A stretch of 64,000 nt of DNA, taken from Prevotella sp. (GTDB taxonomy: Bacteria > Bacteroidota > Bacteroidia > Bacteroidales > Bacteroidaceae). Both the position numbers and the translations under genes were made by a program. Shown here piece after piece: positions 57,898-64,000 of the stretch. Where the stretch lies: NCBI GenBank assembly GCA_030539375.1, contig JAUNSB010000001.1:49375-113374 (forward strand), given 5' to 3'. Position 1 is the stretch's first letter, and every line of letters begins with the position of its first letter. The notes under the pieces are model-generated. The model saw nothing but the letters and a program-made list of their open reading frames with translations, was not told the DNA's origin and did no database searches.

Positions 57898-58692
57898 ATG
57901 GTAAGTTTTTCATTAGAGGGTAAGGTGGCACTTGTCACAGGAGCAGCCTACGGCATAGGGCTCGCAATAGCCAAGGCATACGCCGAGGCTGGCGCAAAAA
58001 TCGTGTTCAACTGCTCGCGTCAGGAGACTGTCGACCGCGGACTGGCTGCATACCGCGAACTTGGCATTGATGCGAAGGGCTATGTGTGTGACGTTACTGA
58101 CGAGGCAGATGTCAGGGCAATGGTGGCTGACATAGAGAGCACCGTGGGCACAATAGATATTCTTGTTAACAACGCAGGCATTATCAAGCGCATTCCAATG
58201 GAGGAGATGGCAGCCGAGGATTTCCGTAAGGTGATAGATATTGACCTTGTGGGACCGTTTATCTGCTCAAAGGCTGTGATTCCGGGGATGATTAGGAAAG
58301 GGCATGGCAAAATCATCAACATCTGTTCGATGATGAGCGAGCTTGGCAGGGAAACGGTAAGCTCATACGCCGCGGCCAAGGGTGGGCTTAAAATGCTGAC
58401 GCGCAACATCTGTGCGGAATACGGCGGGCACAACATTCAGTGCAACGGTATCGGACCGGGGTATGTTGCCACTGAGCAGACTGCGCCGTTGCGTGAGCGT
58501 CAGCCTGACGGCAGCCGTCATCCTTTCGACAGTTTCATCATCGCCAAGACACCGGCGGCACGCTGGGGTGTTCCTGAGGATTTTGAGGGACCGGCTGTCT
58601 TTCTTGCATCCGACGCCTCAAACTTTGTCAACGGACATATATTATATGTGGATGGAGGCATCTTGGCATATCTTGGCAAACAGCCGCAATAG
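57898..58692 (+). CDS. SDR-family oxidoreductase, gluconate 5-dehydrogenase / KduD-like
   Basis: 264 aa. TGAAYGIG cofactor motif, NNAG, and catalytic S...YAAAK. The context next to GH88 fits 2-keto-3-deoxy-uronate metabolism. Confidence 0.7.
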   Translation: MVSFSLEGKVALVTGAAYGIGLAIAKAYAEAGAKIVFNCSRQETVDRGLAAYRELGIDAKGYVCDVTDEADVRAMVADIESTVGTIDILVNNAGIIKRIPMEEMAAEDFRKVIDIDLVGPFICSKAVIPGMIRKGHGKIINICSMMSELGRETVSSYAAAKGGLKMLTRNICAEYGGHNIQCNGIGPGYVATEQTAPLRERQPDGSRHPFDSFIIAKTPAARWGVPEDFEGPAVFLASDASNFVNGHILYVDGGILAYLGKQPQ

Positions 58693-58749
58693 GCTTGAAA
58701 GCATTACGTTAGTTTATTTTCTGCATTAGTACTGTGAAGGTACTGCACG

Positions 58750-58808
58750 TGCCACCCCACTGTCTTAAATGTCGGTAAATACAGGCATTCTGCAGGGTGG
58801 CATTTTTT
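58750..58808 (+). terminator. intrinsic terminator at the end of the PUL
   Basis: 8-bp stem TGCCACCC (58750-57) / GGGTGGCA (58795-802), a structured loop, then TTTTTT (58803-08). Confidence 0.55.
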
Positions 58809-58988
58809 GCCTAAACATAGACACATATCACCTGCTTTTTACGCTTTTGCCCCCAAAATACCACCTGCTTTTTACAAAAGTCTGTTAAATATGCTTGGTT
58901 TACAGATATTTGTAGTATTTTTACAAAAAGTTTGAGAATTTTGCAGCAACTATGCCATAGAAAGTAAAAAAGAGTTAAATATATGCCG

Positions 58989-59020
58989 TGCAAACAATTT
59001 TGTTTGCAAAATGTTTGCAC
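58989..59020. promoter_or_regulatory. operator-like palindrome TGCAAACAA-tt-TTGTTTGCA plus a third half-site
   Basis: 9-bp inverted repeat with a 2-nt spacer at 58989-59008, and an extra TGTTTGCA at 59013-20. It overlaps the -33 region of the 59038 promoter box. Confidence 0.35.
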
Positions 59021-59037
59021 AATTAAAATAGAAGTAT

Positions 59038-59045
59038 TATTTTTG
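59038..59045 (+). promoter_or_regulatory. -7 promoter box (TATTTTTG)
   Basis: Exact TAnnTTTG match about 100 nt upstream of a GNRA-loop terminator and 125 nt upstream of the NYN fragment ATG. Confidence 0.35.
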
Positions 59046-59051
59046 CAATAG

Positions 59052-59161
59052 GAAATCCCCTCGCATGACGAATGCTTGGGTTAGTTGCTCAAAAGCAGCT
59101 TAATTATCACATTCGGGTGAGACATACCGAAGTTTAAGTCCCCGAAAGGGGGCTTTATTTT
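59052..59161 (+). ncRNA. candidate ~110-nt small RNA or structured leader (promoter box to terminator)
   Basis: Bounded by the -7 box at 59038-45 and the terminator at 59138-61. It has no ORF and no resemblance to any RNA family I recognise. Confidence 0.2.
59138..59161 (+). terminator. intrinsic terminator with GNRA tetraloop
   Basis: GTCCCC-gaaa-GGGGGC followed by TTTATTTTA. Confidence 0.5.
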
Positions 59162-59169
59162 ATACCCCT

Positions 59170-59361
59170 ATGGAAAAGAAGAAAGTTATTGTTTATGTTG
59201 ATGGCTATAATTTCTATTATGGTCTACGAAACGGAAAGAACGCATGGAGACGAGCCTATTGGCTTGATGTTGTTAAGGCACGCTTTATGCAGTCTATGTT
59301 ACCAAATCAAGTGACTTTGTCCAATGGACACACCGTACAACGCCCTTCTAATTGGTGGTAA
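59170..59361 (+). pseudogene. fragment of a NYN-domain (LabA-like) gene
   Basis: MEKKKVIVYVDGYNFYYGLRNGKNAWRRAYWLDVVKA matches the conserved NYN N-terminus (IDGxNxYYG...WLD). After about 36 aa the similarity is lost, and the ORF stops at 63 aa. Confidence 0.4.
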
Positions 59362-59402
59362 TACTCGCATGAAGGTGTGTCGACACACCTTCATGCGAGT
59401 AT
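59361..59402. terminator. perfect 42-bp palindrome between convergent ORFs (bidirectional terminator or recombination site)
   Basis: ATACTCGCATGAAGGTGTGTC|GACACACCTTCATGCGAGTAT. It has no loop, and the centre is GTCGAC. Confidence 0.5.
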
Positions 59403-59435
59403 AATATTGTTTTTAGGAGTAAATATAGTTGACAC

Positions 59436-60032
59436 TCAGATGATTATATACATCTTCGTGTGAGCCGTGGAAATATCCGTGAGCAAACCTTGGGCGCAGA
59501 GGGCGGCAAGGTCCTTGCGGGCGGTGTAGTCGGTGGTGCCGGTGTACAGGCGGTAGAGGGAGACGGTGACGGGCAGCTGCGAGAGAGGTTTGGAGAGATT
59601 CTCGCTGTCCTTTATCATCTGCGCAAGAAACACACGCCACCTGACGGTGGTGGTGGAGACGGTGCGGTTGATGTCCTTCACCTGATGGATGCTCTGCCGC
59701 GACACCTTGCGCCGCACGTTCTTGGAGACCTTGAACCGCACGCCCTTTACCTTCACGTCCTGAGTGCGCACATCGTCGAAGTCCTTCGCCTCGGGCTTGC
59801 TGATGCCGAGACGGAGGGAGAAGGTGCCGAGACTGTCGATGCTCACGGTGCAGCCCTCGGCAAGGCGCTCGCCGATGATGTGGAAGGCATCGTCGATGAC
59901 ACTCGGCGCTATTGAGCCGTAGCGCTCGCGGAGCTTGTCCTCAAGATGCTTGGTGGTGAAGGCTTGGGAGTCCACCTGCTGGGGATAGACGTTGCCTGTA
60001 AGCCGTGACTTTAGAAACTTAAAATGTATCAT
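59436..60032 (-). CDS. Bacteroidetes HU-like DNA-binding protein with extra C-terminal domain
   Basis: 198 aa. HU-like core SVIDDAFHIIGERLAEGCTVSIDSLGTFSLRLG...VKGVRFKVSK. The C-terminal ~70 aa look wHTH-like. The gene is visibly more GC-rich than its surroundings. Confidence 0.55.
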   Translation of the reverse strand: MIHFKFLKSRLTGNVYPQQVDSQAFTTKHLEDKLRERYGSIAPSVIDDAFHIIGERLAEGCTVSIDSLGTFSLRLGISKPEAKDFDDVRTQDVKVKGVRFKVSKNVRRKVSRQSIHQVKDINRTVSTTTVRWRVFLAQMIKDSENLSKPLSQLPVTVSLYRLYTGTTDYTARKDLAALCAQGLLTDISTAHTKMYIII

Positions 60033-60044
60033 GGATGTTATGTT

Positions 60045-60108
60045 TTTTGACGGGTAAATGGTGAAAATAGTTTTGTTGACGGGTGAGATTTATTTTGACG
60101 GCGGGTGA
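60045..60108. repeat. three direct repeats TTGACGG(N0-7)GGTGA upstream of the HU-like gene
   Basis: TTTTGACGGGTAAATGGTGA (60045-64), TTGTTGACGGGTGA (60073-86) and TTTTGACGGCGGGTGA (60093-108). Confidence 0.5.
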
Positions 60109-60155
60109 AAGCCCGTTTGGCAGCTGGCAAAAGACTGTCGGGCAGCAGGCGCAAC

Positions 60156-61901
60156 CTATGCCGATGGCTTTACCTTACTGTATAAACCGTTCTTTATTCT
60201 TGTCACACATCTGAAACGCGTCAGGAAAATGCCTATCATGTTCTCGGCAGTGCGGCGCGGCATGTTGAACTGTTTGGTATATGCCAGCACGTCCTTGGTG
60301 GTGAACTCATCGTCCATGGCATCGAACACCTTGCGCTGTATGTCGCTCATGGCAGTCATGCGGTTTTCCTCTTGGCGGGACTCGTCGTGGCGCAGCAGCG
60401 TGGCATATACCATTGCCGTGTGCGATATGAGGATGTTCACTATTTCGATTGCAGTGTTGAAGTCGCGGTCGTCGCACTCCACACTCTCCACGCTGTCCCA
60501 CTTCACTGCCTCTTCGTCCACTGAGCGCAACACTGTGAGAATCATGGCTATGCGGAAGCATACCAGACCGAGACGGCGCACGCTTGCCACCATGTCGTCG
60601 CCTATCTGATTTGCCTGTTCCGACTGCAGTTCCTTGAAAAAACTGTTGAGGCGGCGCTTCTGCGCAGCAGTGAGCCGGAATGTTACTGGATGTTCCTTTC
60701 TATCCCTCATCTGATGGTATACAGGGAGGTACCGCCTGCCCAGATCGCGGATTACATCGTCGATAATCACGTCGTCGTTGCTGAACACATCGTGCCACTC
60801 TGTCCTGCGCTCAATCATATAGAAGATGAAGCGCGAGAAGAGTCCGTTCTCGGCATCGGGCACAAGGTTCACCACCTGTTGCGGAGTGCCTGTGAGCAGC
60901 ACCGCCCACCGCGGTTCCTGAATGTCCACATGCTCATTGTCCTTGCGGCGGTTGTACACTATCGGCTCATGGTGGAAGGCGGCACGCAGTCCGGTGGAAT
61001 AGTCGCCGTAGTCGCTGCGCATGGTGGTTGCCATCACGTCGCCCTCGGTCTCGAAGGTCAGTCCCTCGCCCCCGTTGTCGTTTAATGCCTGATAGGTGGC
61101 AGTAGATGATGAGTTGGCAGGAATGAACAGCGAGCGGTAGGGCGGCTCCTGCGGATGGTCGGCGGGATTTGCCTTGCGCCCGAGAGCCTGATACTCTGCC
61201 ATCTTCACCTTATAGTCGGACATCTCGCGGCGGTTGGCGGCACGGATTTCCGACTGTATCGGCTCCAAGAACTTCAGGCATGCGGTAAGCCTGCCCTTCG
61301 ACGATGCAGGCGGTGCCACGATGCAGCCATAAAGTGGAGCATACACGCGGCGGCGGTCGTAAACTCCGCATATTCCAGGCATGGCTCCCGACACGGCTAC
61401 AAGCATTCCGAGAGTCATCATGTCGGCCTCATGTCTGGTGTCGCAGCATTCCACAAGCCGCTGTACTATCGGCGGAAGGTCATCGTGAGCAATTCTGTCA
61501 ATAAAAATTCCAGTTTCCACCATTTCCACCATTTCCACCAACCTTGCGGAAACTACATTTTCGGTATCTTTCGCTATGCTGATTTCGGCATCCTTCGCCA
61601 TCTGGAAAAGAGTGGCTACGGTGACTCCTCCGGCTCGTCCCGAGTCCCTGAGACAGGCGTCATACTGGCGGTTGCACTCCTCTTCATTATACTGCGCGTT
61701 CATTGCGCTAAGCCGGTGATACATCTCACGACCAGCCTCACCTCTGCCGTCGGCAAGGGCAAAGCCAAGCCTAAGCCAGTTGTCATAGCCTGCGGTGATG
61801 TCGCGTCCGTTAGTAACGATACGGTCTACAACTGTTTCTACGTCTATTCCGACGCCAGCCCACAGTTGGGGGCAAAATTTTTTCTCTTTCATATTTATCA
61901 T
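60156..61901 (-). CDS. PriCT-like N-terminal domain + DUF3987 (helicase-like) protein
   Basis: 581 aa. The N-terminus DITAGYDNWLRLGFALADGRGEAGREMYHRLSAMN...VTVATLFQMAKDA is primase C-terminal-like. The central region YAPLYGCIVAPPASSKGRL...TFETEGDV is typical of DUF3987 proteins of Bacteroidales mobile elements. Confidence 0.6.
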   Translation of the reverse strand: MINMKEKKFCPQLWAGVGIDVETVVDRIVTNGRDITAGYDNWLRLGFALADGRGEAGREMYHRLSAMNAQYNEEECNRQYDACLRDSGRAGGVTVATLFQMAKDAEISIAKDTENVVSARLVEMVEMVETGIFIDRIAHDDLPPIVQRLVECCDTRHEADMMTLGMLVAVSGAMPGICGVYDRRRVYAPLYGCIVAPPASSKGRLTACLKFLEPIQSEIRAANRREMSDYKVKMAEYQALGRKANPADHPQEPPYRSLFIPANSSSTATYQALNDNGGEGLTFETEGDVMATTMRSDYGDYSTGLRAAFHHEPIVYNRRKDNEHVDIQEPRWAVLLTGTPQQVVNLVPDAENGLFSRFIFYMIERRTEWHDVFSNDDVIIDDVIRDLGRRYLPVYHQMRDRKEHPVTFRLTAAQKRRLNSFFKELQSEQANQIGDDMVASVRRLGLVCFRIAMILTVLRSVDEEAVKWDSVESVECDDRDFNTAIEIVNILISHTAMVYATLLRHDESRQEENRMTAMSDIQRKVFDAMDDEFTTKDVLAYTKQFNMPRRTAENMIGIFLTRFRCVTRIKNGLYSKVKPSA

Positions 61902-61934
61902 TTTTTAATTTAGTAACTGTTGATGTTTGTCTTT

Positions 61935-62088
61935 TTGAACAGTAATGGTCAGAAATGAACCAGTAATGTTCATAAATAATAATGTTTGCTAAAGCAAATA
62001 ATTGCCAAAAATTTATGTTCATTAATGGCATCCCCACAAAAAATATTTTTTGAACATTGCTGGTTCATTTCTGGACATTACTGTTCAA
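61935..62088. repeat. 38-bp imperfect inverted repeats flanking a 78-bp AT-rich spacer
   Basis: Left arm 61935-61972 is TTGAACAGTAATGGTCAGAAATGAACCAGTAATGTTCA. Right arm 62051-62088 is TGAACATTGCTGGTTCATTTCTGGACATTACTGTTCAA, i.e. 35 of 38 positions complementary. The spacer contains the palindrome TTTGCTaaAGCAAA. Confidence 0.7.
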
Positions 62089-62641
62089 GATAACATTCCG
62101 GGTCATGGGGAAGGAAGCAGCCCCTCGACTCGTTGGCACACTTGGCATCGGCTTCAAGGTGATAGCGAGCCGAGAGATAGTTGCCTACAGAGCGGAACCA
62201 CTCGCGGTGCGGAGCTTCGGCGGTGTCGATCTCCACCACCCACTTCACGCCGTTGCCCGAGGGCGATGTGAAGAGCAGACGGGTGGCAAGCAGCGGGTCG
62301 GCAATGAGCACACGCTTCAATGCACTGACATCATCCACGTGGTCGAAGTCGAGACAGAGCAGCTGCGAATGGCTCACCATGTCGGCATCGCTGCAGCGGC
62401 TGAACACTCCCGAGAAGGTCACATAGTCGAAAGCACCAGCCTTGTACTTCTTTGCCTCTGCGGCATCCTCAATAGAGCGCAGGCGGAGGGTTCTCTCCCG
62501 TGCCTGCTCTCCTCTCACATAATTGTAGACATCCTCCAGACACATGGTCCGCTCGGGTGTCTTGTTCCATACCGGGGAATGGAAAAAGCTGAATACATTT
62601 TCATTCATACACATTTTATATTTTAAATATTGTACATACAA
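62078..62641 (-). CDS. BT4734/VirE-N-terminal-like (primase-polymerase-like) protein
   Basis: 187 aa (or 176 aa from MNENVF at 62608). Sequence AFDYVTFSGVFSRCSDADMVSHSQLLCLDFDHVDD...LLFTSPSGNGVKWVVEI...CFLPHDPECY fits the BT4734-like family seen next to DUF3987 genes. Confidence 0.55.
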   Translation of the reverse strand: MYVQYLKYKMCMNENVFSFFHSPVWNKTPERTMCLEDVYNYVRGEQARERTLRLRSIEDAAEAKKYKAGAFDYVTFSGVFSRCSDADMVSHSQLLCLDFDHVDDVSALKRVLIADPLLATRLLFTSPSGNGVKWVVEIDTAEAPHREWFRSVGNYLSARYHLEADAKCANESRGCFLPHDPECYLEQ

Positions 62642-62680
62642 AACAATTGCAGCAGAACCCCATTGTTGGAATTCCGCTGC

Positions 62681-62688
62681 AAAGATAC
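62681..62688 (-). promoter_or_regulatory. -7 promoter box (TATCTTTG) upstream of the primase-like gene
   Basis: The reverse complement of caaagata matches TAnnTTTG, 40 nt upstream of ATG 62641. Confidence 0.35.
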
Positions 62689-62735
62689 AAAATGAGATTT
62701 GTGGAATGCAATAGCTTTCCCCGGTTTCCCTACCC

Positions 62736-63821
62736 CTATTCCCCGGTGTTTTTATAAGATTTTAAGATTTCGGAATAATCTTTTGAGGGTGTTTCGCCCT
62801 TTTGCGCCGTTTTCGATGTCTTTACGGTTATCCTGAATGGCGATTCGAGCACCTTCAGTATTCCGTTCACCTCGGCGCAGGCATCACTGTGGTCGGAAGC
62901 CCTGAGATAGGGATTCTGTTCCGACAGCATTTTCTGAATGCTCTTGTGGTTGGCAATGTGCAGGAGGTTTGACATGAGAATCGATGCTGCCGTCTTGTTC
63001 CTTGTAATGTCAATTCCCGCCCGTCTCATAAATACCTGCAGAAGTTTCAACTGCAGTTTTCTCTTATAGAATCGCCCGTCTCCATCTGTCTCCCCTTCTT
63101 CACCGCGCGCCTCGCTGTTGCTCTTGGCATCTTTCAGCTCGTCCTCCAGGTCCACTATGCGCATCTTCAGCTGACTAATCTCCGCGAGAGCCTCCACAAG
63201 CTGCTGTCTGATGTTCTCCTCAGGCACATTCTCTAATCTTTCGAGCTGTGCCGCGGTCTCATCGTGAGGAGGCAGCACCTCAATGAGTTTCTTCAGATGC
63301 CCCACGCCTCCGTCCTCCTGTATCATGGGTGCAAAGCGGCTGTGCAGTGCAGGAAGCACATATTTGGAATAATCGGAAATGTCCCTATACCTATAATATA
63401 TAACGACATACATGACGAGTGCCAAAAACATATTTGAGGACTTCTTCCCCATTCCGCTGATTTCAAAATCATCGTCACCGCCCAACACGTCTGTAAATCC
63501 CATATAAAGCTTATCCGCCATTTCATATATCTTCATCTTGGGATTCTTTGCATTCACAAGCTCATGCAGTTTCCCCTTGATGCAGTGAAAGAAAATAAAG
63601 ATGTGAAAATTCTCGCCGTCAGTCACCCCTTCTGTCTCGTCCGTGCCGTCATTCGGAAGCTGTGTTATCAGGTCTTTCGCGTATAGTTTGACTGCCTCGA
63701 TAACAATCCGGCAATACTTCAGCTTATACACCACTTCGTTGAACAGCATTGAAAACTCGTCGGGAGTGACTATGCCGAAGTCGGTAAACATATCACTGAG
63801 TTCTATTCTTTCTTCTTCCAT
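62736..63821 (-). CDS. hypothetical protein with central acidic coiled coil
   Basis: ORF 62736..63881, trimmed to MEEERIELSD. The central region AAQLERLENVPEENIRQQLVEALAEISQLKMRIVDLEDELKDAKSNSEARGEEGETDGD is a predicted coiled coil. No recognisable family. Confidence 0.45.
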   Translation of the reverse strand: MEEERIELSDMFTDFGIVTPDEFSMLFNEVVYKLKYCRIVIEAVKLYAKDLITQLPNDGTDETEGVTDGENFHIFIFFHCIKGKLHELVNAKNPKMKIYEMADKLYMGFTDVLGGDDDFEISGMGKKSSNMFLALVMYVVIYYRYRDISDYSKYVLPALHSRFAPMIQEDGGVGHLKKLIEVLPPHDETAAQLERLENVPEENIRQQLVEALAEISQLKMRIVDLEDELKDAKSNSEARGEEGETDGDGRFYKRKLQLKLLQVFMRRAGIDITRNKTAASILMSNLLHIANHKSIQKMLSEQNPYLRASDHSDACAEVNGILKVLESPFRITVKTSKTAQKGETPSKDYSEILKSYKNTGE

Positions 63822-64000
63822 AAAACTATGTTTGTAAATTATTATCATTCTTTTCCGCTGCGTTTCCACCACCACCACCATCTTTGCGGAAGTTGCGGAA
63901 CTGGTGGAAACTCCAATTGTGCCTTATTCCCTTTGTGTTCCTAATTTTGCCCCTATCCAGTTAATCTGCAGATGTTTACATGGTGTTTGTAGCACTTCGT

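Larger units (their letters stand above)
59170..64000. mobile_element. left part of a probable integrated mobile/foreign element (replication-type module; continues beyond the window)
   Basis: There is an abrupt change from the PUL to an HU-like gene, a primase-like gene, a PriCT-DUF3987 gene and orphan genes, all on the opposite strand. The region has a truncated NYN gene at its edge, dense DNA repeats and locally GC-rich genes. No integrase or att site is visible in the window. Confidence 0.5.

Noticed and set aside
58829-58875. Direct repeat CACCTGCTTTTTAC (58829-42 and 58862-75) as a possible att site
   Set aside because: The two copies are only 33 bp apart on the same side of the putative element. 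Without the other element end, no att assignment is possible. It may simply be a protein-binding repeat.
58811-59020. 69-aa minus-strand ORF in the intergenic region after the PUL
   Set aside because: It is AT-rich and low-complexity (Phe/Leu/Lys/Cys) and overlaps promoter- and operator-like repeats. Nothing supports it as coding.
58700-59170. tRNA or tmRNA gene as an integration target at the edge of the foreign region
   Set aside because: I could find no cloverleaf and no GTTCGAATC-like T-loop. No tRNA-like sequence was seen elsewhere in the window either.
63943-64000. Plus-strand TAATTTTG box (63943-50) and a possible ORF start (ATG 63979) at the right window edge
   Set aside because: Only 7 codons are visible, so it cannot be evaluated.
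1-64000. CRISPR arrays, rRNA genes, transposases or integrases
   Set aside because: I saw no regularly spaced repeat arrays, no rRNA-like sequence and no ORF with transposase or tyrosine- or serine-recombinase motifs. The absence is judged by eye only.

Overview
The window looks like a Bacteroidales chromosome segment, possibly Prevotella-like. The pointers are TAnnTTTG -7 promoter boxes, a SusC/SusD pair, Mfa-type pilins and a T9SS C-terminal sorting domain. All calls come from reading the ORF translations and the DNA by eye; no HMM or BLAST search was run. Layout, left to right: (1) 1-5.3 kb holds housekeeping genes: a POT peptide transporter cut by the window edge, an HD hydrolase, menA, an RluA-type pseudouridine synthase and a GH43-like enzyme. 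(2) 5.35-23.5 kb is one minus-strand operon: DUF3575-like, DUF3868-like, Mfa1-like stalk pilin, Mfa2-like anchor, a third fimbrillin-like lipoprotein, then an 11.9-kb gene. That gene encodes a 3,979-aa protein with eight tandem beta-helix (Pmp-like GGAI/FxxN) modules, one discoidin domain and a T9SS C-terminal domain. This is the most unusual system in the window. (3) 24-35.4 kb is housekeeping: ACT+UPF0210 pair, C69 dipeptidase, TrmH-family methyltransferase, BamA/TamA-like protein, MBL hydrolase, DEAD-box helicase and serC-serA. (4) 35.5-37.1 kb is a hipBA toxin-antitoxin module, followed by a NigD-like lipoprotein. (5) 38.5-58.7 kb is a polysaccharide utilisation locus. It has a transmembrane propeller/YYY-AraC one-component regulator, SusC/SusD, a Big_2 surface protein, two lyase-fold enzymes, a GH28-like beta-helix, GH97, GH88, an SDR, an orphan alpha/beta-hydrolase-like protein and a gene remnant. 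(6) 59.2-64 kb is the start of a foreign or mobile region. It carries a NYN gene fragment, an HU-like protein, a split primase (BT4734/VirE-N-like) plus PriCT-DUF3987 helicase-like pair and an orphan coiled-coil protein. It also has conspicuous DNA repeats: a 42-bp palindrome, three TTGACGG..GGTGA direct repeats and a 38-bp inverted-repeat pair. I saw no rRNA gene, tRNA gene or CRISPR array.
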